Source: Vicugna vicugna (taxonomy: Eukaryota). From it: DNA of 64,000 nt. This document shows, one piece after another, positions 50,832 to 63,571 of the stretch. The stretch is taken from assembly GCA_013265495.1 (NCBI GenBank), contig MU058213.1:6035149-6099148 (forward strand), given 5' to 3'. Both the position numbers and the translations under genes were made by a program. The notes under the pieces are model-generated. The model made no database searches. It worked only from the letters and a program-made list of their open reading frames with translations, and was not told where the DNA came from. Numbering within the stretch: the first letter of the stretch is position 1; the number at the start of each line of letters is the position of its first letter.

Positions 50832-52919
50832 GTAGGGAGTTCTGGGTTTACAAACTACTTACCAGGGTAGCCTGGTCTGGGTAGACTGCAGGGCCACCTT
50901 CATCATCATCGCAGCTCTTGAACATTCATAGCCAGAGCTTGACTTCGAGACAGCAGTGTGGAAAATGAACTTAGATATCTTCTTAGTGATGGTACCTTCG
51001 TACAGTGTTATGAAAGTTAATTACCTCAATACCCAAATAAATTTAGTGACCTCAGAGGAAAATTTAGTAGGTTTTATTGAAATGGTTCACTGTGAGAATG
51101 AACTTGAACATGAAGCAATGGAAGCTTACAATTCTGAGACCCTCACTCATGTAAGAACAAAGTCGTGCCGGAATTCTGTGTTGATACATTGCAGTCTCTG
51201 ACCAGTTAGCTCAACTGGAGTTAGAACACTGATCGACCCATGGGCCTGTTCCCCTTCCACCATGTTCAAGTTCATGCATGCTCTCATTCATGAATTACAT
51301 ACATTCATATAATTACAGTGAAACAGGCACTGTTGTAGGTGCTGAGAATACAAGAAAAACTACCTCACTCTTTCTAGTTCAAAATATATATTATTGTATG
51401 CTTGAAATTTTTCAAAATAAAAAGTTGAATGTATTCAAGAAATGTGTTGCATACTTAGTATACACATCCAGTTGTGTTAAGGCTGATAGAGAGACATCTT
51501 GTTTTGAGGAGACTTATCTACAAGGGGCATCTGTACCTGAAAATTAAACATATAATCCTAGGAATGATGCTAGATGCCCTAGGCAATGGGTGACTGAATG
51601 CAAATTGCATATAAAGGAAGAAGAGAACCTGGAAGGATGGAGTGGTCTGGGGAAACTTCCTGGAGTAAGTGGGATTTTTAAGGATAGGGAGAAGCTGATA
51701 GGAAAGAGCACCTTTTGAGGGAACAAAGCAGCAGCAGGAATCAAGGCACTATGGTGGACATAGCCTATGAATTACGTCCTTTTGGGCAAAGACCCAGCAA
51801 GTCTAAATTGGCTCAGAAGGTTTGAGGAAGCAGGAAGAAAAGTTGAGAAGGCGGCTGCAGTTGGATTTGAAGGCCTTGAAATTTGGATTTTTATCCCATT
51901 AGGCAGTGAAGAACCTGTGAAAAGTTTTGAGGAGGAGAGAAGTGATGAAAGCAGGGTAGGGTGGCCAGGGAAGGGGCATTAAGTAGGACGTATTACAAGC
52001 AAGGCCGATGGGTGCCTTGAACCAGCCCAGATCTCCCCTAAGTGCTTACCCATATACCAGGATCTATATGGGTACTAAGAAATACTGCTGACGGTGTTAG
52101 GATGTGCCAGAACTCCTTTCAGGGACATCATCCTGTGTTCAGAAGGAATTTTTTGGATATGTTGCTTGGTGTAGAGGAGTGAGACCCTTAAGTACTTGAG
52201 TATTTAAGAAACTATTTATGGAATAAATTAATAAAATATAGGAAATTCAGCAGAGTGAGGTAGCTTTATGGAAGGTGTCTCATTTGGCTTTAGATTTGTT
52301 GAGATGACAGAGACAGCTGTTGGGGAATACAGCTGGAAATGGGCCAGCAACTTCTGAAAGAGAGGAACAGATTTGCATGCTTTCTATTTAGAGGTAATGG
52401 TTGCAAACATGTTGTTTATAAGACAGGAGAAAAAAGCTTTGATTCCAGAACTAAATCTCAGAACAAATCCTCAAGATCTACTTTCCTTTGATAGGACTTG
52501 CCTTGGAAGTTTCTAGTGACCTCCCAAATAACAAACCCAAAGCAGCTTTTCAGACCTTGATCTCTTGACCATTATACAGCATTTTATATGAGTGGTTGAG
52601 CGTGCTTCCTCCCACATGTCAGGAGAGTGGCTTGGCAGTATATTTCAGATGGTTATTCTCCATACCCAGTAAGGCTGTTTTTAAAATTTAGCGTAAGATA
52701 ATGATCAGTGGGACAGTCAAGGACCTTTAAACAGTTATAATGAATACCTCTTATTCTATATTTTATATCAGGAGGTCAGTTAAATCCATTTAATGAAATA
52801 CTATGCAACCATAAATATCATGTTTCAGTAGAATATTTAAAGATACCAAAATGGATGTTACATTAATGGAAAAATCAGATTATAACAATATAATGCAGTA
52901 CAACCCTAGATTTACTTTT

Positions 52920-53088
52920 TTTAAAATATATTTTTATTGAAGTATAATCAGTTTACAATGTGTCAATTTCTGGTGTACAGCACAATACTTCATCATGTAG
53001 GAATATACATATATTCGATTTCATATTTTTCACAAGTTACTACAAGATATTGAATTTAGTCCCCTGTGCTATACAGTATTAACTTGTG
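52920..53088 (-). mobile_element. Short L1 3'-end insert with TSD
   Basis: tttttattgaagtataatcagtttacaatgtgtcaatttctggtgtacagc...cctgtgctatacag. TSD agatttactttt (52908-52919) / agaattactttt (53089-53100). Confidence 0.85.
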
Positions 53089-56000
53089 AGAATTACTTTT
53101 AAAAGTGTGCATATATATGCAAAATATTGATGGTAGTTATTTTTGAGTATTATGTGGGACTTAAGATTGATTTTCACTTTTTTTCCTTAAAATGTTCAAA
53201 CTTTTCATTATAGGTTCTTACTACTGTTCAAATTGGGGAAAAAAGGCAAATTAGAAAAACAAACAAACAGAAACAAAAAATGTTATGAACAAAACAAAAG
53301 GGAAATTTCCTCCCATAACCATGACAACTCCACTCTTTTGAGTTCCCCCATCGCCTTGACTGACTCCTTTTTCTCTCACTTCCTGACAGTATATTTCAAA
53401 AATTATGGACCTACAGCTCATTTCATATAAAAATCACTTCTGTGGTTGAAACATGCTTCCTGTTTTAGAAGACATCAGGGATTAATGAGCCATACCTATT
53501 TCCAATCAAATGCACTTTTCTCTGAGAAACATAGTGCAGAAGACACCAGTAAGTCCACAATTCTGGGGAAGCCCCCTCTGGCAGATGATCCCCTCTGCAG
53601 GCTTGTCTCTGGTCAGCCCTCTGGCTTTTACTTTGTATCTGCTCTGTCTGCAGAGTAATTGCTGTTTCTTTACAACCAACCCCCAGAGGTATGGAAATGC
53701 CAGTTGGGTGCTGAATTTCTAGCAGCACTGAGCCCTGGAAAACCCCAGGAAGCAAACACATGTTCGCAGACTGCTAACCGAATAGTTACCATCCTTTCTG
53801 TAAAGCTGGAAGGCAGGTTTCCTTCTCTGCAGCAGAGGGAGCACCTGGAATGCGAAGGGCCCTGGCTGAGACCCTGAAAGGGCGCCGGCCATTCACAGGT
53901 GTTTGCAGAAGCTGATTATCCTACAGTTTTTGGAGAAAACTTTTTGCTGACTCATGAGGCTTTGGCAAACACTGAGTAGTTTGAAAGGAAGGAGAAGTTT
54001 ATTTTTCATTCGCTTCTTGTACTGATGGGCACAAGGAAGCAAGGTGAATGAACCACTGACTATCCCCAGGTAGCCCTTAAGTAAGTCCGGACGTCAGAGT
54101 AAAAGCATGTAGGAGAGGCAGATGCACGCTTAGGAGACATCCTGGGGAGTGGCAGCTAGAAGTTCTGATGAGGTTTTAGATTTAGGGATTTGATTTAAAC
54201 ATGACATTTAGTGATAGTCATTATTCACGTATAAGAATCTTTTCTGGCCCAACTTTCCCTAATACAAAAACTATATATAGAAGGAAATAAGCACAACTGT
54301 TCACATTTTTTTAAAGTGCCTTTTGTTTTTAATTACACAAGAAACATAGTCATAAAAAAGCAAAACAACATGAAATAAGAAGAGTGCATAGAATAAAAGG
54401 TCGGTTCACTGTTACTGCTCCTCCTGCCGAAATCCCACCTGGTGGCATTCCCTAAAGCTAATCATGGTAACTAATTTTGCCTTTACCACTGAGCACACCT
54501 GTGAATGCATGTGTACACACTGCTGTAAATTGTGAAGTGTCAGATTGGAATCAACAGTTTTTCTTAGTCCTCCCTTATTGCACTGAATTGACATTGTTTA
54601 TTGCAAATTTCATAAATAAAGGAACTCTGTGTTTTACCAAAACTTGTGTAAATACCCATATATTTGCATATTCATATTAGTCCGTTCTTGTAAGACACCT
54701 GACTTGGTGAATGTCTGAGCTGCAACTTCAGCAGCCTTTACTCATTCTCCACCCACCCCCTTCCAAACAGCAGCACAATCTCGCGTCTCCGTTGTTTCTG
54801 ATGAGACTGTTCAGTTGTCTCTGACAACCCACAGAACTCATTCGTTAATCTAATTTGAAGGTTTCGTTCTTGGACCATTTTGGTGATGGTTCACTAGCTG
54901 GTGCCTTTTTTACCTTTGCATGCAGCAGGCACAGGACAGGACTGCACAGCCAGCTCACAGGGCTTAGGCTACAATCTGCACAAGCAAGTGGGATCTTAGA
55001 ATAATTAGATTATGTTAAAGTCCAAAAGGAATACTGCTGAGAAATTCTAAACCAAGGCCCAGAGCCGTCATCCTTGTCTTATCCTAGTGGCTTTTGGATA
55101 TGGCTAAACTCGGGTGTAGTTCTGAATAGACACAGGTAAACATTTCAAGGGGCTAAGTCAGTCCATGAAGCACATAATGATAACCTCTGCCTTCTTAAAC
55201 CAGGCTTCCTGGCACTGACTGCCCTTCCTGGGGAGAGTGGTGATGCTTATCCTCAAAATAGGTAACCTTAAAGTGAAGCTTACCTGTACTTTACTAAAAA
55301 GCACATCTGATTTTAGTCATTCTTGCTCTGTTCCCCAGTGGGCCACTTAACTTCGGATAAAATCTAAACTCCTTAGCCAGGTTCTTGCTCGCCTTTCCAG
55401 CCCTTTTCTCACATCTCCCGTGCTACTCCCACTGTCCCAAGTCAATGTGCTTTTCCCAGACTTGCTTTGTTTCTTGGCTTCCCCTGGGACTTTGACTTGC
55501 ATACTTTTGCCTACTCATTTCCTTTGAGGTCTTACCCTGTCTGGTAACCTTACTAGGTTTCTCCCTGGTACCCCAAGTGGCTCTTCTCATTCCTTCTAGC
55601 CCCCTTCTACAAGTTCTTAAGTTCTTGAATAAGTGAGAGATAACGTGCATGCTTCTTGCTCACCTGGCACTTCCTCGGTTTAAGACCTTTGATTTAAGAG
55701 GGAAGGGCATGTTTTGAATCTGTGTATGTTCTGTTGTTTTTGTTACTGTTTCATCCTTCTCTAAGACTAGAAACTATAATCATTGAGCTTTAAGGTAAAT
55801 CAAAATTGTTTATTATACTCCCTTCTCTTTCTATATGTCATGACTTTAATACATATTCTTTACAGCCTAGCAGTCTTGTTAGGTTTTACTTTGAGAAGTA
55901 CCTCTTATTTTTTTAAAAAGTGATAGTTTATTTATACTTCATTACTAAACACTTGTTTTATACATTTTTAATTCATGTGATTTTTATAAATAACCACCCA

Positions 56001-56224
56001 GTCAGCACAAGAAAATGAAATTCTGGGTGTGTACTTAGTCTTTGCTTCCTCCTTGTATTTGATTCACAGGCAGGAATGTGCTTTTCTCTGTTTTCTTTGC
56101 CAAACAGTTTTTCAATTGAGAATAAATTAGTTGACGAGAAGACAACGTTCCACTTGCAGAAGAGGCTGCTACTAAAGTGAACTGTCAGCTCTAGGAATCT
56201 GTACCTAGGCATCTAAGTTTCTTT

Positions 56225-56755
56225 CACTCAGTAAATATTTATTGGGCACCTACTATGTATCAGGGATGGCAAGGAATTTGAGATGCCTTAGTGGACTAAA
56301 ATCAGTTTAAAGTAATGTAAGCTTATAGATTTTACGTTCTTGCAGAGGTAGAGGGTAAGTAATACACATATTGTATTAGAATAATATACTTCTACGGTGT
56401 ATTAGAAGTTTATAGAATCTCTGGGGAAAAGCAGAGTAAGAGGAAGCGTGTGGTTAGACTAGGAGGCAGGTGGGAATTTTAAATAGGAGTGAGGATAGAC
56501 CTCACTGAGAAGGTAACATGGAAGCCAGCCTTGACGCAGTTGAGGGAATTACCCATGCGGGCACAGGGACAGTAGCCTTTTGGGAAGAGGGACAGTGCTT
56601 GCAGTGAGGGAGCCCCAGGCAGGGAGCTGGGGTGAAGCAAGCTGAGGGGAGAGAAGGAGGAGATGGGTCAGCAGGGGAAGAGGGAAGGGCCGGGTCGTGC
56701 AGGGCCCGTCCACCATTGTGAGGACCCAGGTTTTCACTTTGAGTGAAATTAGAGT
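56225..56755 (-). mobile_element. L2 3' relic
   Basis: cactcagtaaatatttattgggcacctactatgt (L2 tail) and acctcactgagaaggtaacat motifs. Confidence 0.65.
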
Positions 56756-56759
56756 GTTG

Positions 56760-56895
56760 TTTTTTGTTTAAAAATTTTTTTTAACTTTTTTTTTTTTTTT
56801 TTTTTTTTTACTTTTTAGAGGAGGTACTGAGGATTGAACCCAGGACCTATGCATGCTAAGTATGCGCTTTACCACATGAGCTGTACCCTCTCCCC
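56760..56895 (-). mobile_element. tRNA-derived SINE in CCNB2 intron 3, ~200 bp before exon 4
   Basis: Long poly-T then ggaggtactgaggattgaacccaggacc...gagctgtaccctctcccc; imperfect TSD tgaaat(t/a)agag. Confidence 0.9.
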
Positions 56896-57102
56896 TGAAA
56901 TAAGAGCATTTTTAAACAGGAGTATGTCTCTAAGAGCTTCATCCGCTGCGTCTTGAATTATTCACCTCTCACTGTGAAATTTTTTTTGGCTTTATCATTT
57001 ATAAAAGTGCATATGCTACTTTTCAACCGGTTGGCCCTGCATGTGTTTGCAATCAAGGCTGCGTCTAAATAGTGACACTCGTGCTTTCATTTGTGGATAT
57101 AG

Positions 57103-57273
57103 CGCCCTTCTCCCGCCCCTGAGGATATCTCCATGAAGGAGGAGAACCTCTGCCAGGCCTTCTCTGACGCCTTGCTCTGCAAAATCGAGGATATCGATAA
57201 TGAAGATTGGGAGAACCCTCAGCTCTGCAGCGACTACGTGAAGGATATCTACCAGTACCTGAGGCAGCTTGAG
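57103..57273 (+). CDS. CCNB2: CCNB2 exon 4 (171 nt), ends at a GC donor
   Basis: Acceptor gatatag|CGC; translates [57 protein letters not shown]; donor GAG|GCAAGT. Confidence 0.93.
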
Positions 57274-57375
57274 GCAAGTGGGCTTTTGTGCTTTGGTGGT
57301 AAAGCAGTGTGGAATGGACGACACAGCTGGGAAGGAGATGAGGTCAGCCTCTTAAACTTTTAATTCCACCAACAG

Positions 57376-57534
57376 GTTCTGCAGTCCATAAATCCACACT
57401 TCTTAGATGGGAGAGATATAAACGGACGTATGCGCGCCATCCTGGTGGACTGGCTGGTGCAAGTCCACTCCAAGTTTAGGCTGCTGCAGGAAACTCTGTA
57501 TATGTGCGTCGCCATCATGGATCGATTTTTACAG
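57376..57534 (+). CDS. CCNB2: CCNB2 exon 5 (159 nt), cyclin box MRAILVDWL
   Basis: Acceptor ccaccaacag|GTT; translates [53 protein letters not shown]; donor CAG|GTAAGT. Confidence 0.97.
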
Positions 57535-59021
57535 GTAAGTCTGCTTCAGGGACTTCCTGCCCTCACTGGCTCACTGAACGTTGTATTTATGCAGTGCGGA
57601 GGCATGGTACCTCTGAGATTAAGACCAAAAGGCCAGTTTATGAGGTGCCACAGAACTTCAGGTGCTAGAAAAGGAAGTAGTCCAAGTGTGTGATGCTCTG
57701 GTGATGCTGACCAGCGCTGGGCATTTCTGCTAGGTCAGCCTGCGGAAAAGGGCTCAGGGGAACACCGTCTTACCACAATCAATTCATCAGAGGAGACATA
57801 CCAGCAGATGGTTTGAAAGTCCACCTGAAGTCTGTGGTGCGTTTGGAGACTGGTTCTCCAGGCCAGTTTGCACGCTTGCCATAGTGCAGTACTCTTTGGT
57901 GTTAAGCCCCCTCAGCTGAAAAATAAGGAGTTTGACTAGAGAACTGAGCGGTTTCCAGCCATCTGGGGCATTGAATCACTATAGAAGAGGGAGAAAGCAG
58001 AGGTTTTAAAAAAGGGTGGAGGTATGTGTGAGGAGTGTACTGAGAGTGTGAGGTCTAAAGTAAAGAGGAAGATAAGAAATCAAGCTGAGAGGCAGAAGTG
58101 ATCATCAAAATGTTTATAACTGGTAATGCAAAAACACTGAGCAGTCAGAAGAAATGCCAGGCAGTAACCACAGTGTGTTAGCTACCACATGGTAGCCCTG
58201 CAGGTAATTTATTTATTTAAAGTCAACATTTTGATTATAGGTTTAGACCAAGTTCAAATGCTGCCCAAACAATACAGGAATAATTGTGTTGATAATAATG
58301 ACCCCGAGATGCTGCAAGATGCTAAGTAAGCTTAGAGTCACTGGTTTCCATTATACGGTCCTCACTGAGTAGGAAAGCACTGTCTTATTTTTGGTAGGTT
58401 TTCAATATTGAGAGTTGAAGCGATAAAAGCAAATTCCCGGTTTAAAAAAAGAAGAAGAAGAGAAACACACCCTAGACTGAGATTTCCCCTGACTCTGAAG
58501 CATCTTTGAATGATTCTTCAGGCTGAATAATGTGTGTACTTCTGGTGGTGAGGGTTAAGGAAATGCTTGAGACACCCCTTCTTCGTCCCTAGGCGTCCAC
58601 TGAATCCCTGCTTTTTTGCTTGCCACATCCTGAGTGCCGCGGTGGGGCTTCCCCAGACTCAACCCAGGATGATGGGGGTGGAGCAGTGACTAGGAGTTTC
58701 GTTGTCAGGCTGATTCTTCCCTGTTCAACAATTGAGTGATCTTGGGCTGGTGTCTGATTCTCCTCTCAGGCCACCTGTTTGTAAGTGGGGGAATAAATAC
58801 ATGCTGCCTAGATTCTCTGGGGATTTGTTGAGATGATTGTTTGAATCTTGGCACAGGGCCTGACACATGGCGAGCGCTCCACGACAGCTGCTGTGAGTCA
58901 GGATGTGTCTTTAAGAGGAGTGCGAGCGCTTCTCCAAGACTTGGTTTCCGCTACTGTTCTTCCGCCCAGAGCCCCCATTCTCTCCTCAGATACGACTTTT
59001 GACACGTTCTTCTTCAATTAG

Positions 59022-59258
59022 GTTCAGCCAGTCTCTCGGAAGAAGCTTCAGCTGGTAGGGATTACAGCTCTGCTCCTGGCTTCCAAGTATGAGGAGATGT
59101 TTTCTCCAAATATCGAAGACTTCGTTTACATCACAGACAATGCTTATACCAGTTCCCAAATTCGAGAAATGGAAACTCTGATTTTGAAAGAGCTGAAATT
59201 CGAGTTGGGTCGACCTTTGCCGCTACACTTCTTAAGGCGAGCTTCGAAAGCCGGGGAG
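59022..59258 (+). CDS. CCNB2: CCNB2 exon 6 (237 nt)
   Basis: Acceptor tcttcaattag|GTT; translates [42 protein letters not shown]...[12 protein letters not shown]; donor GAG|GTGAGT. Confidence 0.97.
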
Positions 59259-59559
59259 GTGAGTGCCGCCAGTTCCGTAGGAGACTCTGTTTTGTTCTTT
59301 TCTCCCGCAAACGTTGGTCCAATGAAAGGAAAGCTTATGAATTTATAGGGAGCCCCTTTTAAACAAGCCCTAATGGTTATCTCACTAGTTCTTACGAGAC
59401 AAAACCTCACGTTCTGTGTTTGTAACGTACTGCGGCCTAGGGCGGTGCCCGGGAAGGAGGAGTGAGTTCAGCAGGTTGGAGTTCCAAGGCCTTCACCCAG
59501 AATTTTGCAAGAGATACTGACAGCTGTGCTTCTTACCGTCCCTGGGTGTTCTTTCGTAG

Positions 59560-59700
59560 GTCGACGTTGAACAGCACACGTTAGCCAAATATCTGATGGA
59601 ACTGACTCTCGTTGACTATGACATGGTGCATTATCACCCTTCTAAGGTGGCAGCAGCTGCTTCCTGCCTGTCCCAGAAGGTTCTAGGCCAAGGAAAATGG
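59560..59700 (+). CDS. CCNB2: CCNB2 exon 7 (141 nt)
   Basis: Acceptor ttctttcgtag|GTC; translates [47 protein letters not shown]; donor TGG|GTGAGT. Confidence 0.97.
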
Positions 59701-60499
59701 GTGAGTATTGAATTTAAGAGGAAATTAGTTAGCTATATTTTAGGCCCTCTTGATATAAAAGGCCTTAGTAATTTTACAACACCATCCTTGTAGCATTTGT
59801 TTTAAGTCCACAGGCTTAAAAGAACTGCTTGGAATGGCTCAGGTGGAGACCAGGTGACTGCACTGTGGCACACAAACATAGAGTCGTAAAGAATGAGGAA
59901 GGCCACTAAGAACTGATATGCTAAGATTTCTGTATTATTTTGTGAAATCAAACAACCAAGTTGTTAAGCACGCAAGATAAAGCAAGGCCAAAGCCTGACT
60001 GATTTACCCAGTAAAGATGAAATGGGCCACTTTTAGGTTCTTACAAGGAGCCAAAGATGCCAGCTCCCTGGGTTCTTGTTTCACATACCAAAAGGGACAC
60101 CACGGAGACAAAAAGGGCTGATGGCTGCAACGCGAGTCAGAGTCGCACCCTCTATGGCGCGCCCATTCTAGACTGCCACTGAACACCTTCTTAGTCTGTA
60201 GTTGCACCCCGAAAGCAGCAGACCAAAAACGCCACCAGAGCCCAGGAGGTGATAGGGAATGGTCTCATGACAGCCTCCCTCCCAGAAGAGACAGGGAAGT
60301 GAGTGGGAGGTGGCTAGGGGGCAGCTGCTCCCATGCCTTCCGTCCCCTCATCTTCTAGGAGGATTGAAAAGCATTTTCCCAAGACAGATTCATAGATGTG
60401 GTTTAAGCCTCTGCCGGCATGGCCTGTGTGGATTTGTGCAGGAGTGCCTGGGCATCATGGTGGAGCTCGTCCTCCAAACAAGTGTGTACAGTTGACATT

Positions 60500-62410
60500 T
60501 TAGGTAAGAAAGAAGGCAAATAAGAGAGCGTGTCTACGTGTACGTGCTTATGTATTTGCTTACTCTTAACAAAAACATGGGAAGAATAGGCCAGACACTA
60601 ATGAAACTGGATCCCTGTGGGCACATAGGGTAGAAGGTTGAGGATGGGAAACAGGACTTCTGGTTGTAGTTTTGCATTAACTTGTACACAATATAATGTA
60701 ACTTTCTGGACTTTTGAACAATATGAATGTTTTATGCAAACACTAAGCTAGAATTAAGCAGAAACAATGTCACTGCATATTCAAATCAGTAACAGAACAC
60801 AGAGGGAAGAATTAATTCAAGTAACTCTTGAACACAGCATTCTGACCGCTTCCTCAGTGGGATGTGATGTTAACAGGAGGTTAATAGTAACCTGTCACTA
60901 AAATTCTGAAGCTGCTTATATGTTTTAGGATAAAGCAAATAAACATTCATGTTATTAAGGACTAAAATTTTCAGTATAAGAAGATAAAATATTGTTAACA
61001 AATGAAAACAAGGAAGATCTTATAATATTAGATAGATTTGTCCTAGAAATATCACATCTGTTTTTTAAGAAATACCAGTAAATTCATAACAAAAGACGAG
61101 GGAGACATTGACAACCCAGTAGAAAAGAACATGCCCAGTGCCCACATCTTCGGTACTAAATGCCGAGACCCACTAGGAACTAGGGCTCCTTCCAGACGTA
61201 GCTGATTGCAGGGCTGTGTCAGGAAGTAAAAGGAAAACCTGAATTGATCAGTTTGTAACAGATAGCAAGTAAATTTTCAAAGGTCAGTGGGTCACATCAA
61301 AGAGACATAGGAACTGGCTTGAAAGGGCTCTTACTGACTAAATTGGAGCATTCAAAGAAACAGTGACAGTAACAGATCACAATGCATTAAAAAATGCATG
61401 AGTCCATAAGGATGCAAAAGGAAGGGTGAGAGGGACTTTAAAAATAAATAACAGTTGAATGCCAGCTAATCAGAGTAGAAGCAATGGCAGAGATAGAATT
61501 TCACGATTTTAAAACCCCCAGGGTAATAATTGATTCAAGCAAGGATCATCGAATGATGCTTATAGCATTAGGTGAAATAATTTGGGGGAATAGGATTCAC
61601 ATTGTCTCAAAATATCACCCCACAGATACGTAGTAATTCTGAAGGCAAACTGTACCTTTGTGGTGGAGAGGTCTGGCAGTTAACTACCATTTATCCCAGT
61701 GATGGAGCTTGGTATCACCAGGGGTGGGCCTTCCTGACTTGCCCTGCCTTCTAGGGCAGTAGGAAGTATGCATTGTCACCTGTATAGAGTTCATGTCCAA
61801 AATTTTGGACACGGATCCAATCATCAGGAAATACACAAATCCAGAGTGTGAGATGTGCTCAAAGTAACTGGCCTGGATCCTTCAAAACAGTTAATGTCAT
61901 TTAAAGCCAAGAAAATGGAAGGTGTTTTAAATTTAAAAAGACAGCAGACAGCAACAGCCAAATATACTTTGTGTGCCTTGAATGGACCCTAGATATAAGA
62001 AGAAAAAACTAGAAAAGGTATTTTTGCAGCAGTTGGAGAAATTTGAATATCGACTATATATTTGATGAGACTGTGGGACTGCTGATAATGTTTCTTATGT
62101 GACAAAGTTATTGTGGCTAGGAAGGAAAATACTTCTGAGGGGATGCTTCTGAAACATTTACAAGTGATGTGTCATGCGTCTGCAGCGCACTTCCAGATCA
62201 TACAGCCATTTGATGGCTTCACAAGTCACACACAACTTTTGCTGAACCATTTGAAAGTGAATTGTGGACACCATCAGAGAGAGAGAAAGAGGAGGAAAGA
62301 GAAAGAGGCAAAATGTTAATAACTAATGAGTCTGCACAGAAAATATATAGATGTTTATTATATTATTCTTTCAGTTTTTCTATAAATTTGAAATTTTTTG
62401 AAACAAACTT
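60500..62410 (+). mobile_element. Old L1 (L1MC-like) 3'UTR relic in CCNB2 intron 7
   Basis: Motifs such as aggaactagggctcctt, gtggagaggtctggcagt, taactggcctggat, aatggaccctagat and gtttttctataaatttgaaatttt recall L1MC/L1ME 3' ends; boundaries approximate. Confidence 0.6.
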
Positions 62411-63460
62411 AAGGCAAAAAGGCTGCTAGTATGTGTATGGTACCTGGTCTTGGTACCACTGGCTCATTGTAGCCAGATTACCTTTAGACATGCATCCTTG
62501 GTTTAAACTTATTAACTATATAGGTCTCCCTGTTTTCTGGGGAATTGATTTCAAATTACATCAGAATTCACTCCTGCTTAGTTCTTTTTTCCTTTAAACT
62601 ATTTTAGGATTAAGATTAAATTGTGATTTACTTTCCCAATTACATTGTGTATATGAAAGGGGTGTAATTAAGCTTTTAGAATTTTATCACAAAACTGAAA
62701 TAAGGTCAGGTTACTTATCTTCATGCAGATTTTGTCTCATTATCAATCAGTAGTTGTCCATTTGCTTGGATTTTGTCTTCTGGGAGGCTGGGTCACCAGG
62801 CTGAGCATGGAGCCTTCTCTGGGTGCTCTGTGTTCTCCAGGGCTTAACCACGTGGGGCCCAACAAGAGAGTCTCGAGCAGTGTTAGATCTTCTGGGTTTG
62901 GGAGTTTAGACTCCTGCCTACGGTGCCGTTTCTTAATTCTGAACTTCTTTCCCTGATTGACAATATATGTATCTGGGCTCTCGAGCGCCCCGCCAGCCAC
63001 TGCCGGGCAGGGCTTTGATGAGAGGACCATGGATGTGCTAGTCTTAGGTCTCTCCCTTACTATAAAGGGGGCATTCCTTTGTTGGGTTTGATTTTACTCT
63101 GTCCCACTTTCCCTCCCCTTTCAGTGTGGTGACAGAGGTAAGCATGACAGCTTTGGGACTTGAAGGACCCTACTTACCTGTGCAACTTTCTTTAAAATAT
63201 CATAATTTGGGACCTTCGCCACTTGACTTAGCTCAGAGCCGCACAGCGTCTTAATTTAGTCTTGCTCAGAGCCAGAGTCATCCTGTGTTCAATGGCTGCT
63301 TTGCTGGTACCATGGTAGTGGCTGGGGCTGTGACTGAATTTCCGGAAGGTAAGAATTTTTTTTTATAGCTTTTCCATAAGTAAGACCAGCATGTGTAAAC
63401 CTGTGCTCTTGTAAAGAAGTAGCGGCTTTATCCTGCCCCTTTCTTTGCATTCTCTTCCAG

Positions 63461-63571
63461 AACTTAAAGCAGCAATATTACACTGGATACACGGAGAGTG
63501 AAGTGTTAGAAGTCATGCAGCACATGGCCAAGAACGTAGTGAAAGTAAACGAGAACTTAACAAAATTCATC
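63461..63571 (+). CDS. CCNB2: CCNB2 exon 8 (111 nt); final exon lies beyond the window
   Basis: Acceptor ttctcttccag|AAC; translates [37 protein letters not shown]; donor ATC|GTAAGT. Confidence 0.96.
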
